In this document: positions 1 to 10,037 of the stretch, in pieces
Numbering within the stretch: the stretch's first letter is position 1
How the letters are laid out: each line of letters starts with the position of its first letter
DNA from: Nitrospirota bacterium
Lineage (GTDB): Bacteria; Nitrospirota; UBA9217
Length of the DNA stretch: 64,000 nucleotides
NCBI GenBank assembly: GCA_963790205.1
Contig: CAWBNQ010000006.1
Coordinates: 1 to 64,000, forward strand
Reading direction: 5' to 3'
Program-made: the position numbers and the translations under genes
Notes under the pieces: model-generated
Database searches by the model: none
Told to the model about the DNA's origin: nothing
The model's input: the letters and a program-made list of their open reading frames with translations, nothing else

Positions 1-1598
1 GGGCTGTTGCCCAAAGGACTTCCCGCGAACAATCACTCACCTTGATGCGTAAAGAGGTCTAAGCTAATGACGGGCGATCGGTTCTGTTCAAGGGAACATG
101 CCAAATGAGCGATCCAAAGCCTTTGCCACTGTTCTTTGAACGACGAGCAGCCGTACCGCAGCTGCTTTTTTCGGCTTGGAAGCATGCGCTATTAGCACTT
201 GCATGTTCTCGATGGCACAGGTCATATATTCCTGGACCCGCATTCGCCAAAGGCCTCGCCAGCGTGCTTGATCGAAGCCGTATCGGGTGCCCCTGGCAAA
301 GGGGTCGCCCATCAGGTGTTGCTCTGGTTTTGATGCGTACCGTGCATTGGCTGATCGACTGATTGCACGCATGCGCTCCAGAACATTCTTCCGGAGATGA
401 CGCTTGATCGTTCGGCCGGACTTGTGTTTGGTGCATTGCTCTCTAGCTGGCACGCTGCGCAGACTTTCCTGGGCGCTGCGTAGTCCCGGCTTTGTCTCGC
501 TATATGCAGCGACTTCGGCTTGAGCTGAGTTCCTGCCGGGCACATATAGGAGTCGGTGGCACGGGTCCATAGGAAAATCTATCTTCCATAAAGATGTCGG
601 TTTTCGCTATTTGATTGATCGCCACGTCTCGTAAATCCGGGATATGCGCCTTTATGCCCTGTCATGGCAGGCAAGGAAGTTGTCGATCGTTCCGTACTTA
701 CTGTCCGCAACAACCGTTTCGGCCTCGACTTCCGTTGTTGCGTGGTGTTGCTCGAGCAGCGGAAGGATCAGATGGGCTTCGTTCACGTCGCCGGGCGCTA
801 CGTCGGTTGCAGTGATGATTTCTTTTTTACCGTCAACGGCCCGATGCACTTGGTAGGAAAGTTTGGATTCCCCCCGGTTCACGAGGGCCACGTCCGGGTC
901 GGTGGTGGAGGATGTGGCGGTTGTTCTTTTTTTCGTAGGTCCTGGAAGGAGTAGCGTCTTGTGGTGCGTTCTTCCGAGCGGGCTTCCAGCTTTTTATAAT
1001 TTTTGTGCAACTGATGTTTCAGGTTCCGGGTATTGAGAACCGAACTGTTGGAGGCATTTGCATCCACCAGACTGGAGTCGACGAAGATCTTGCGGCCGTC
1101 AATAAGACCGGCTTCCGCGCACTGCAGAACAATACGTTCGAAGAACCTTTGAAAAACATTGAGGCCCCATTTTTTGCGGGCCTTGGATAGCACGCTATGG
1201 TTGGGAATTTCAGAATCAAGGTCATACCCGAGAAACCAGAGCCAATCCATACGCTCTGGCAGGGTGTCCATCAGCTCCCGCTCCGAGCGGACATTATAAA
1301 AGATCAGGAGTAGCATCAGTTTCAGGATAATTGGTGGTGGCACTGAAACGTTGCCGTTGTTGCCGTACAAGTCCTTGACTTCGTCATAGGCGAAGTTGAA
1401 ATCGATCAGCGTATTGACTTTTCTCAAAGGATGGTTCTCACGAACCCGTTTTTCTATATTGATGCCGATATAGAACAAGCTGCTTTGAGGCGGTTGCTGC
1501 AATCCCATCATGGCTATTGGCTCCTGATGTCGTGATTGACGTCGCAGCAATATAGCATTACTGAGTGGCTTTCTCAATATCATTTGGGCAACAGCCCG
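1..1598 (-). mobile_element. IS1182-family insertion sequence, copy 1 (transposase broken by multiple indels)
   Basis: 15-bp perfect TIRs GGGCTGTTGCCCAAA (1-15) / TTTGGGCAACAGCCC (1583-1597); near-identical to copies at 2335 and 43341 but split into ORFs 879-1583, 652-891, 312-545 and 88-570. Confidence 0.9.
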
Positions 1599-1663
1599 TT
1601 TACTGTTGACATCCCGGCCCGCATAGCGAATTAAGCGTGATGACTGGTCGGCCTGCAGAATCT

Positions 1664-1686
1664 ATAGGTTCACGTCTTGTATTTTG
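1664..1686 (-). repeat. CAAAATACAAGACGTGACCCTAT-family repeat
   Basis: ATAGGTTCACGTCTTGTATTTTG is the reverse complement of the motif at 46506-46528 with 1 mismatch. Confidence 0.75.
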
Positions 1687-1748
1687 CCATCAGAACTTTG
1701 GGAGTACCATACGAAGTCCGCCCCGCCGCTTGCCTTTAGCCGCCGCTT

Positions 1749-2302
1749 TTGTTAGTATCCATCATGTTTTCCGTGTTGATGCTCTTCCTTATCCCCGTCG
1801 GGGGCGGCATACCGGCCGGGGTATTGCTTGCCCAGTCCAAGGGTCTGGCCTGGCCCGTGACCGCAGGGCTCTATCTGGTTTCCGATATGATGCTGGCCCT
1901 CGCATTCGAGCCGGTCCTTCAACTTCTCGCATGGTTAGGCGGAAAAGTCCCGTTTCTCGCCCGTATCAGCGCAAGGATGAAGGCTGCACTGGCCAACAGC
2001 GCGTCCCATGTAAGCGGCACAGGCGCGGGCCCCATGACGCTCGTTCTGATCTCCTTTGGCGCGGACCCGATGACCGGGCGGGCCTCGGCGATGGCCGTGG
2101 GCCATGGGTTCCTGATGGGCTGGGTCTTCGCGATCTCGGGCGATATGCTGTATTACGCCGTCATTGCAGTCACGACCCTGCGCCTGAACAGGTATTTTCG
2201 CGATCCGAATACGACGATGTGGATAGTTCTTGGCGCGATGATTGCCGTCCCCTGATCGTCCGCTTGTTCCGGGCGCCCCACAGGGAGACGGTGGGAAATT
2301 GA
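1749..2302 (+). CDS. small multi-pass membrane protein (probable 1-nt frameshift near 2250)
   Basis: Hydrophobic ORF 1749-2255; adding one C in the CCCC run gives ...IAVPLIVRLFRAPHRETVGN* ending at 2302; start uncertain. Confidence 0.6.
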
Positions 2303-2334
2303 TGCATTGAGAGATCACCAGGGTCGCGTCCTGT

Positions 2335-3935
2335 CGGGCTGTTGCCCAAAGGACTTCCCGCGAACGATCAAGCGCCTTGATGCGTAAAGAGGTCTAAGCT
2401 AATGACGGGCAATATCGGTTCTGTCTCAAGGGAACATGCAAAATGAGCGATCCGAAAGCCTTTGCCACTGTTCTTTGAACAACGAGCAGCCGTACCGCAG
2501 CTGCTTTCTTCGGCTTGGAAGCATGCGCTATTAGCACTTGCATGTTCTGGATGGCACAGGTCATATATTCCTGGACCCGCATTCGCCAAAGGCCTCGCCA
2601 GCGTGCTTGATCGAAGCCGTATCGGGTGCCCCTGGCAAAGGATCGCTCCATCAGGTGTTGTCTGGTTTTGATGTCGTACCGTGCATTGGCTGATCGACTG
2701 ATTGCACGCATGCGCTCCAGAACATTCTGCCGGAGATGACGCTTGATCGTTCGGCCGGACTTGTTTTTCGTGCATTGCTCTCTAAGCTGGCACGCTGCGC
2801 AGACTTTCCTGGGCGCTGCGTAATCCCGGCTTTGTCTGGCTATATGCAGCGACTTCGGCTTGAGCTGAGTTCCTGCCGGGCACATATAGGAGTCGGTGGC
2901 AGGATCATAGGAAAATCTATCTTCCATAAAGATGTCGGTTTTCGCTATGCGATTGATCGCCACGTCTCGTAAATCCGGGATATGCGCCTTTATGCCCTTG
3001 TCATGGCAGGCAAGGAAGTTGTCGATCGTTCCGTACTTACTGTCCGCAACAACCGTTTCGGCCTCGACTTCCGTTGTTGCGTGGTGTTGCTCAAGCAGCG
3101 AAAGCATCAGATGGGCTTCGTTCACATCGCCGGGCGCTACGTCGGTTGCAGTGATGATTTCTTTTTTACCGTCAACGGCCCGATGCACTTGGTAGGAAAG
3201 TTTGGATTTCCCCCGGTTCACCAGGGCCGCGTCCGGGTCGGTGGTGGAGATATAGCGGTTGTTCTTTTTTTCGTAGGTCCTGGAAGGATCAGTGCTTTCG
3301 GTGCGTTCTTCCAAGCGGGCTTCCAGCTTTTTATAATTTTTGTGCAACTGATGTTTCAGGTTCCGGGTATCGAGAACCGAACTGTTGGAGGCATTTGCAT
3401 CCACCAGACTGGAGTCGACGAAGATCTTGCGGCCGTCAATAAGACCGGCTTCCGCGCACTGCAGAACAATACGTTCGAAGAACCTTTGAAAAACATCGAG
3501 GCCCCATTTTTTGCGGGCCTTGGATAGCACGCTATGGTTGGGAATTTCAGAATCAAGGTCATACCCGAGAAACCAGAGCCAATCCATACGCTCTGGCAGG
3601 GTGTCCATCAGCTCCCGCTCCGAGCGGACATTATAAAAGATCAGGAGTAGCATCAGTTTCAGGATAATTGGTGGTGGCACTGAAACGTTGCCGTTGTTGC
3701 CGTACAAGTCCTTGACTTCGTCATAGGCGAAGTTGAAATCGATCAGCGTATTGACTTTTCTCAAAGGATGGTTCTCACGAACCCGTTTTTCTATATTGAT
3801 GCCGATATAGAACAAGCTGCTTTGAGGCGGTTGCTGCAATCCCATCATGGCTATTGGCTCCTGATGTCGTGATTGACGTCGCAGCAATATAGCATTACTG
3901 AGTGGCTTTCTCAATATCATTTGGGCAACAGCCCG
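2335..3935 (-). mobile_element. IS1182-family insertion sequence, copy 2 (intact)
   Basis: 16-bp TIRs CGGGCTGTTGCCCAAA / TTTGGGCAACAGCCCG enclosing one transposase ORF. Confidence 0.92.
2394..3848 (-). CDS. IS1182-family DDE transposase
   Basis: DUF772-like N-terminus (HPLRKV...SERELM...WFLG...PNHS), FVDSS, STTDPDA, VADSKYG, CPAG and CAAC...C zinc motif; RBS CAGGAG before MMGLQQ. Confidence 0.9.
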   Translation of the reverse strand: MMGLQQPPQSSLFYIGINIEKRVRENHPLRKVNTLIDFNFAYDEVKDLYGNNGNVSVPPPIILKLMLLLIFYNVRSERELMDTLPERMDWLWFLGYDLDSEIPNHSVLSKARKKWGLDVFQRFFERIVLQCAEAGLIDGRKIFVDSSLVDANASNSSVLDTRNLKHQLHKNYKKLEARLEERTESTDPSRTYEKKNNRYISTTDPDAALVNRGKSKLSYQVHRAVDGKKEIITATDVAPGDVNEAHLMLSLLEQHHATTEVEAETVVADSKYGTIDNFLACHDKGIKAHIPDLRDVAINRIAKTDIFMEDRFSYDPATDSYMCPAGTQLKPKSLHIARQSRDYAAPRKVCAACQLREQCTKNKSGRTIKRHLRQNVLERMRAISRSANARYDIKTRQHLMERSFARGTRYGFDQARWRGLWRMRVQEYMTCAIQNMQVLIAHASKPKKAAAVRLLVVQRTVAKAFGSLILHVPLRQNRYCPSLA

Positions 3936-3956
3936 TAAAATCAAGACATAAGCAAT

Positions 3957-3986
3957 AAAAAAAGCCCCTCGGGCGAGGGGCTTTTC
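3957..3986 (-). terminator. intrinsic terminator downstream of the multiheme cytochrome
   Basis: AAAAGCCCCTC-GGGC-GAGGGGCTTTT hairpin with a T7 run on the minus strand. Confidence 0.8.
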
Positions 3987-4004
3987 AATGCTGCGGCTGT
4001 CTGC

Positions 4005-6422
4005 CTATTTCCATCCATCCGCAACGATCTTTTTGGACTTTGTGTAGGGGAACTTTTCCATGAGCTTTCCGACCGGCAGCTTTTCGTCTCCTGATCTCAT
4101 GAAGTGGAGCAGCGCAACCGAGGCCCAGTAGTCGTTATAATACTCCGTGCCCTCAAGCTGGACCGGCACGCCTTTGCCGTTCACCCGGTGGCAGGCCCCG
4201 CAGGTCACCGGCCCGGCATACTTTCCATCAGGGCTGAACTGGAGCGCCTGCTCGTGCGACGTAATGTCCACGGTGCCGCCCTGTCCTTCATACCGCACCG
4301 GATAAAGCCCGTGGATAGATTCATGGCACGACTGGCAGGCAATGTTCCCGTGCGCCTTCGAGTAACGGTATAGTGAATACTTGTTCGGCTGGTCGATGGG
4401 GAAATAAGCCCCTCCTTCGCTCTCTACGAAAGGCGCGAGATGGCAGTCGGCGCAGTGCGGTTCCCCTGCGGCGAGCCACCAATCCTGGCCTGCAGAGGCC
4501 CCGTCATAAGGCACGGCATCGCCTTCCTTCGCGTTCCAGGCAAGGAGCTTCAGCTTGCCCGCGCTGTCCTTTGAAGCCTTCACGAGCGTTGCACCGGTAT
4601 GTTTTCCGTAATAGGCGTACAGGGGTTCCCCCTCCGCACCCACCACAGGATCGGCGTAGTATTGTCTGAACTTTTTCTCGTCACTGTTTGCCACAGCCCT
4701 GACCACCTCAGCAAGGGATTTGTTCCTGAGGGATGCCCCTTCCTGGGTGGCCGCGTTCTGCAGATCATCGTTATTATACAGCTCTCGCGCAAGTTGATTG
4801 TGGCAATTGGTGCAGTAGAGTCCTCTCATCTCCCTGACCGGATTTCCCGTTTCGTCTTTCATGCTTACGTCACGGAGATACCATTTCCCGATGTCGTTCA
4901 GGAAGAAGGGCGGTTTCACGTTCGGGTTGGTGTGGGCATCGCGGCGCAGGTAGCACCCGCCGCCCGCTGTTCGCACGTCGGCGTTCGAAAAACGCGGGTT
5001 CCCTTCCTTATCGACGATGACATAGGGGTTTGCCGGCAGGTTGTTCATTTTCTCCGGCTGCCAATGCGTCGGATGGCATGCCTGGCAGCTCTGCGTCCTT
5101 CCCGCCTTGTCGGGCATGGGGATAAATCCTGCGTGCGCTCCATGGATCGCAGCGGACAGGGACTTGGCTTTTACCGCTTTATACCCCGTTGCCGTCGGAC
5201 GCGGGGACTGCAGGTTGCCGGAAACGTTGTCGCCGTGGCAATCCGCGCAGTTCACCGGGCCTACGCTTCCGAGACGGTTCGTGGACGCATCGGACCGGTA
5301 ATCCTTGAGAAAGCCGGTGCCGTAGTGCCGGTCATGCAATTCGAGAACGTTGATGGTCGCTGCCGACGATCGCGCCATGAATTCCGACATATCGGGATAG
5401 TTCTTCTTCCAGTAGGCGTATTCCTTGTCAAAAAGCGATAACCCTTCCTCCCGTGACAATTTCGCCGCCTTCCCTTCTGCCGAGTGACACACATAGCAGT
5501 TCGGGATGTCGACGGGGTTTGTGCCGAAAAACTCGACCGGTTTCCCTTTGGCCATGATCGGCTTCCCCTCTTTGTCCTGCAACCGGACCGTGGAATACTG
5601 ATAGGGCTGGAAATCGAGGTCTGATACGGTGCGGATGGTCCCTTTCCTCCTGCTGTCGTTGAACGCGGTCAAGGGCAGTCCAAGCGCATCCCACAGGTAC
5701 GACGCGGTCAGCGTCAGTTGGATGTTCTTGACCTCGGGGATGAGAGAGTCGGTGAAGACCTTGTTGCTCCCCGAGCTTCCCGCGTAGGCCAGGTCGCCGC
5801 CGGAGAGATTTTTCCCCGTCGGCCCGGAATCGATGGGCACCTGGATCTGCTTCCCCACAAAGAGCCGCTGTGCCTCGGTCGCGCCCGGCGGGACCGTGCC
5901 TTCGAGGTCCTTGTAGATGAAGAGGTGGGTCCAGACGTAATTCGCCATGTTGTCGCCGGGGTCGTCGCTCCTTCCCGTGCCATAGACGTCCTTGCTCACC
6001 TGCCAGTAGCGCATTTTGTTCCCTTCGCTGTAGCTGTTGTCCTTGACCGAGTAGGCTAGCTTGATGCCGTCGTCGGGTGAGAGCAGGCGCGGCAGCCGGC
6101 CCCGTTCTCCGGTCTCGATTGCCTGCGCCTGAATGCTGTTATAAGGGGGGATCACGCAGCAGTAGGAAATATCAAACCCCACGCAGTGCATCCCCAGCTC
6201 GTAATTGATGAAAACGGCATAGGGGTCTTTCGGGTCGTAGAGCGTCACGGTCCTCCCTTTGCCGTCTTTGGCCGTGACCTTTTTTAAATGACCCTGTTTG
6301 AAGCGGGGCGCCTGGTCATAGGAAGTCCCCGGCCGCGCGGCGGCAATGACGGCGGGGGAGGCCGGAAATGCAAGAACCGATAACAACAGGAACATAATAC
6401 CGAGAATCTTTTTGCTGTTCAT
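4005..6422 (-). CDS. exported multiheme cytochrome c (7 CxxCH)
   Basis: Signal peptide MNSKKILG...; motifs CYVCH, CADCH, CQACH, CTNCH, CADCH, CQSCH, CGACH; N-terminal ELGMHC...PPYN motif; RBS GGAGGAG. Confidence 0.88.
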   Translation of the reverse strand: MNSKKILGIMFLLLSVLAFPASPAVIAAARPGTSYDQAPRFKQGHLKKVTAKDGKGRTVTLYDPKDPYAVFINYELGMHCVGFDISYCCVIPPYNSIQAQAIETGERGRLPRLLSPDDGIKLAYSVKDNSYSEGNKMRYWQVSKDVYGTGRSDDPGDNMANYVWTHLFIYKDLEGTVPPGATEAQRLFVGKQIQVPIDSGPTGKNLSGGDLAYAGSSGSNKVFTDSLIPEVKNIQLTLTASYLWDALGLPLTAFNDSRRKGTIRTVSDLDFQPYQYSTVRLQDKEGKPIMAKGKPVEFFGTNPVDIPNCYVCHSAEGKAAKLSREEGLSLFDKEYAYWKKNYPDMSEFMARSSAATINVLELHDRHYGTGFLKDYRSDASTNRLGSVGPVNCADCHGDNVSGNLQSPRPTATGYKAVKAKSLSAAIHGAHAGFIPMPDKAGRTQSCQACHPTHWQPEKMNNLPANPYVIVDKEGNPRFSNADVRTAGGGCYLRRDAHTNPNVKPPFFLNDIGKWYLRDVSMKDETGNPVREMRGLYCTNCHNQLARELYNNDDLQNAATQEGASLRNKSLAEVVRAVANSDEKKFRQYYADPVVGAEGEPLYAYYGKHTGATLVKASKDSAGKLKLLAWNAKEGDAVPYDGASAGQDWWLAAGEPHCADCHLAPFVESEGGAYFPIDQPNKYSLYRYSKAHGNIACQSCHESIHGLYPVRYEGQGGTVDITSHEQALQFSPDGKYAGPVTCGACHRVNGKGVPVQLEGTEYYNDYWASVALLHFMRSGDEKLPVGKLMEKFPYTKSKKIVADGWK

Positions 6423-6608
6423 TCTCTCCTCCTTTTGATGGATGATTTGCAAAATACCGGACATCACTGCGCTTAGAGCTCATCGCGCGGACGCCAGGGA
6501 ACGCGGCTCACGCGGCCAAAAGTTCGGGACATCATGGCCCACAACAGCAAAAACTGATACTAAAGTTTTCTGTTCGGGAATTCGAAAAGCGGCCGACTTT
6601 TCAAGTAT

Positions 6609-6624
6609 AGCAGATACTTTTCCA
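6609..6624 (-). promoter_or_regulatory. candidate sigma54 -24/-12 promoter for the multiheme cytochrome
   Basis: Minus strand TGGAAAAGTATCTGCT has GG-N10-GC spacing; two sigma54 activators are encoded next door; imperfect match. Confidence 0.35.
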
Positions 6625-6796
6625 TGCTCGGACCATTGCCGCGCCCTCCCGTTTTCTCGTATGGAATTCGATTATAAATTGTGCTAAGATGATGACCTGC
6701 GGTGGTCGACCAAGCCGGGCCGCGACGCTGCGGAGCAGATTGCGCAGCGGCGGACAGGCGTGCTGACGAAGAAGGTCCGGCGACGGGGGGATACCT

Positions 6797-6973
6797 ATGA
6801 GGAGGGATGTCTGGATATTTTTATTCGTCCTCGGAGTTCTTTTTTTCAGTTGGCCGATCATGAGCATTTTTGAAAACAGCCTGGTCTCTTCGCTGTTCGT
6901 CATCTGGTTCCTCTTTATCGTCTGCATCTTCATCATTTCGATCTTTTCCGAACGGGAAGACGGCGGAGGCTGA
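6797..6973 (+). CDS. 58-aa two-TM membrane peptide abutting the SLC5-kinase (CbrX-like position)
   Basis: MRRDVWIFLFVLGVLFFSWPIMSIFENSLVSSLFVIWFLFIVCIFIISIFSEREDGGG*; its TGA is immediately followed by the GTG of the kinase; absent from the ORF track. Confidence 0.75.
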   Translation: MRRDVWIFLFVLGVLFFSWPIMSIFENSLVSSLFVIWFLFIVCIFIISIFSEREDGGG

Positions 6974-9919
6974 GTGTTTTCTCCCTGGATACTGCTGACG
7001 GTCATACTTTCCTATCTTCTCCTCCTGTTCTTCGCGGCCTATTTCGCGGAGCGCAAGGAACGGCAGGGGAAGAGTCTCGTATCGAACCCCTATATCTATT
7101 CGCTCTCGCTCGCCGTGTACTGCACCTCCTGGACGTTCTACGGCAGCGTGGGCAAAGCGGCGAACGCGGGCCTGAGCTTCCTTACGATCTATGTGGGGCC
7201 CACGCTCATGGCGGCGCTCTGGTGGATCGTCCTCCGGAAGATCGTCTATATTTCCAAAGAGAACCGGATCACCACCATCTCTGATTTCATCGCGTCACGG
7301 TACGGGAAGTCGCTTTCGCTCTCGGCCCTTGTCACCTTCGTGGCGGTGGTCGGCATCACCCCTTATCTCGGACTTCAGCTCAAGGCCATCATGACCGCAT
7401 TTTCCCTGCTTTCGGGCAGGCCCGAGGGAAGCCACTTCGCGGGCTGGTTCATCTCCGCCCTGCTCGGCGTTTTCGCCGTCATCTTCGGCGCGCGCCGGCT
7501 CGATGCCTCCGAGCGGCACGGGGGCCTGGTCTTTGCCGTGGCTTTCGAGTCCGCCATCAAGCTGGTGGCCTTCCTCGCGGTCGGCGTTTTCGTCACCTAC
7601 GGGCTCTTTAACGGGTTCGGCGATATCTTCGGCAGGATAGCGAGCGGCCCCTACGCCTCTCTCATGAAGATCGGAGAGGGATCCCGCGTCAGCTTTCTCG
7701 AATGGACGTCGCTCACGTTCCTGTCGATGATGGCCATCCTGTTCCTGCCGCGGCAATTCCACGTGGCCGTGGTGGAGAACACTTCCGCGGACCATATTAA
7801 AAAAGCCATGTGGCTCTTCCCGCTCTACCTCTTTCTGATCAACATCTTCGTGCTCCCCATCGCCTACGGGGGGCTCCTCCTCAAGGACATCCCGTCGACG
7901 GCGGACTACTTCGTGCTCAGCATCCCGATGCACTACGGCCATCCGCTCCTGGCGCTCATCGTATTCATCGGCGGGTTTTCCGCCGCCACGGCCATGATCA
8001 TCGTGGAGTCCATCGCCCTCTCCACCATGGTCATGAACAGCTTCGTGGTGCCGACGCTCTGGGACCTCTCCGCGATCAGGAATTTTCACGCCGTGATCCT
8101 GAACATCAAGCGGCTGGTCATCCTCGGGTGCGTGTTTCTCGGATATTCCTTTGCCGTGTACATCGGCGACTTTTACAGCCTCGTCGATATCGGGCTCAAG
8201 TCCTTCGAGGCGGTCACCATCTTTGCGCCGTCCATCCTCCTGGGCCTCTACTGGAAGGGCGGGAACAGGAAGGGGGCCGTCGCGGGCATCATCGCGGGGT
8301 TCAGCGTCTGGATCTACACCCTGCTGATCCCGGCGCTTATGCGCGCCGGGATCATCGTGCCGGGCGGGGTCATGGAATCGGTATTCAACTCACGGCTCCT
8401 CAACCCCACGGCGCTTTTCGGCCTCCATGGGCTCGACCGCTGGAGCCATTCCCTGTTCTGGGGGATGTTCCTGAACGTCGGTTTCTACGTGGGCGTGTCT
8501 CTCTTTACCCGGCAGTCCGACGCGGAGACTCGCCAGGCCATCATCTTCGTCGATTCCTATTCGCCGCTCCATTTTTCGCCGTCCCACCGGCCGTCAAGCA
8601 TCGCCGAGATCGAGGACATCCTCGGTCAGTACGTCGGCCGCATCGAGGCGGGCGAGGCGATCGAAAGCTTTCTTAAAAAGTACGGGCTGGAACGCGCCTC
8701 GATCTCCGGCGAATGGCTCCTGAAGCTCAGGCAGGAGGCGGAGGGCATCCTCTCGGGCGTGCTCGGCCCTTCCATCAGCACGCTCGTGTTCCAGGAGCGG
8801 GCGGTCCTCACGCACGACGAGGCGCTGCGCGTCTCGGATTCCGTCCGGCAGATATCACGGAGCCTGAGGCTCTCGCGCCAGGAGCTCGCCGAGGCGAACC
8901 GGCAGCTCGCCATGCTCAAGGAATTCAGCGAGAACATCATCGAGAGCCTCCCGCTCGGCGTGGCCACCCTGGACGAGTCGCTGCGGGTGAAGTACTGGAA
9001 CAGCGGCATGGAGCTGATCACCGGCGTCGAGAAGTCCGACGCCTTGAACAGCGTGGCGGCGGACCTCCTTACCTGCCTCGAGCCGCGCCTCTTTACGCCG
9101 GACGTCCGCGAAGGAGAGATCACCTGTAAGCGCAACTTCGAACCGCAGATCATCCTGAAGGGCCATCTGAGCAGGCTCACGGGCGCCCAGAAAGGGTATG
9201 TGCTCGTGCTCGAGGACATCACCGAAAAGAAGAAGATCGAAGAGGAGCTCTTCCGCGCCACCAAGCACGCGAGCGTGGGCAGGCTTGCCGCGGGCGTTGC
9301 CCACGAGATCGGCAACCCGCTGGCCTCGATCTCCTCCCTGGTGCAGGAACTGCAGGGCGAGGAGCTGACGTCCTTTACCAAAGAATCGCTCGCCACGATC
9401 AACCAGCACGTGCACCGGATCGCGCGGATCGTGCGGAACCTCGGCGATTTCGCCCGGCTCTACCCGCACCAGAAGGTGCCGACGAGCCTGCGGGAAATTC
9501 TCGAGAACACGCTCAGCCTGGTGCGCTATGACAAGAACTTCAAGAAGATCGAGATCCGCGCCGACGTGCGCGATACGCCTCCGCTCACCATCGACCCTGA
9601 CCAGATCCAGCAGGTGTTCCTGAACCTCATCCTGAACGCCCGGGACGCCATGCCGGACGGCGGCCGTCTCGACATCTCGGTGAAACGGTCCGACGGGCAC
9701 GTGGAAATGCGCTTTGCCGACACCGGCGGCGGCATCGACGCCGAGGTGAAGGACAAGGTCTTCGATCCCTTCTTCAGCACCAAAGGGCCGACGAAGGGCA
9801 CGGGCCTCGGTCTCTCCATCTGCTACAGCATCATCAAGGACCACGGCGGGACGATCGAGATCGATTCCGAAAAGAACAAAGGCACGCGGTTCACCATCAG
9901 GATACCGGTGGCGGCGTGA
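6974..9919 (+). CDS. sodium:solute symporter (SLC5)-PAS-histidine kinase fusion, CbrA/CrbS-like
   Basis: YSLSLAVYCTSWTFYGSVG and LPRQFHVAVVEN SLC5-kinase motifs; PAS; H-box AHEIGNPL; N/G boxes. Confidence 0.92.
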   Translation: MFSPWILLTVILSYLLLLFFAAYFAERKERQGKSLVSNPYIYSLSLAVYCTSWTFYGSVGKAANAGLSFLTIYVGPTLMAALWWIVLRKIVYISKENRITTISDFIASRYGKSLSLSALVTFVAVVGITPYLGLQLKAIMTAFSLLSGRPEGSHFAGWFISALLGVFAVIFGARRLDASERHGGLVFAVAFESAIKLVAFLAVGVFVTYGLFNGFGDIFGRIASGPYASLMKIGEGSRVSFLEWTSLTFLSMMAILFLPRQFHVAVVENTSADHIKKAMWLFPLYLFLINIFVLPIAYGGLLLKDIPSTADYFVLSIPMHYGHPLLALIVFIGGFSAATAMIIVESIALSTMVMNSFVVPTLWDLSAIRNFHAVILNIKRLVILGCVFLGYSFAVYIGDFYSLVDIGLKSFEAVTIFAPSILLGLYWKGGNRKGAVAGIIAGFSVWIYTLLIPALMRAGIIVPGGVMESVFNSRLLNPTALFGLHGLDRWSHSLFWGMFLNVGFYVGVSLFTRQSDAETRQAIIFVDSYSPLHFSPSHRPSSIAEIEDILGQYVGRIEAGEAIESFLKKYGLERASISGEWLLKLRQEAEGILSGVLGPSISTLVFQERAVLTHDEALRVSDSVRQISRSLRLSRQELAEANRQLAMLKEFSENIIESLPLGVATLDESLRVKYWNSGMELITGVEKSDALNSVAADLLTCLEPRLFTPDVREGEITCKRNFEPQIILKGHLSRLTGAQKGYVLVLEDITEKKKIEEELFRATKHASVGRLAAGVAHEIGNPLASISSLVQELQGEELTSFTKESLATINQHVHRIARIVRNLGDFARLYPHQKVPTSLREILENTLSLVRYDKNFKKIEIRADVRDTPPLTIDPDQIQQVFLNLILNARDAMPDGGRLDISVKRSDGHVEMRFADTGGGIDAEVKDKVFDPFFSTKGPTKGTGLGLSICYSIIKDHGGTIEIDSEKNKGTRFTIRIPVAA

Positions 9920-9924
9920 AGAGA

Positions 9925-10010
9925 GCAGCAGTTCAAGCCGTTCAAGCAGTTGCGGCAGTTTAAACGGTTAAACTGCTTGAACGGCTTGTACGGTTTAAAC
10001 AGTTTGAACA
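9925..10010. repeat. 9-bp periodic imperfect palindrome
   Basis: GTTCAAGCC GTTCAAGCA GTT... followed by AACTGCTTGAACGGCTTGTAC, the reverse complement arm. Confidence 0.7.
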
Positions 10011-10037
10011 ATTATTTATTTTCCCCATGAGGTTGTG

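Noticed and set aside
2253..2255. TGA as selenocysteine in the small membrane protein
   Set aside because: No redox motif or SECIS; a missing C in the CCCC run gives a more natural C-terminus
1..3935. Composite transposon formed by IS1182 copies 1 and 2
   Set aside because: The left flank of copy 1 is outside the window so an outer TSD cannot be tested; independent insertion into neighbouring repeat motifs explains the layout
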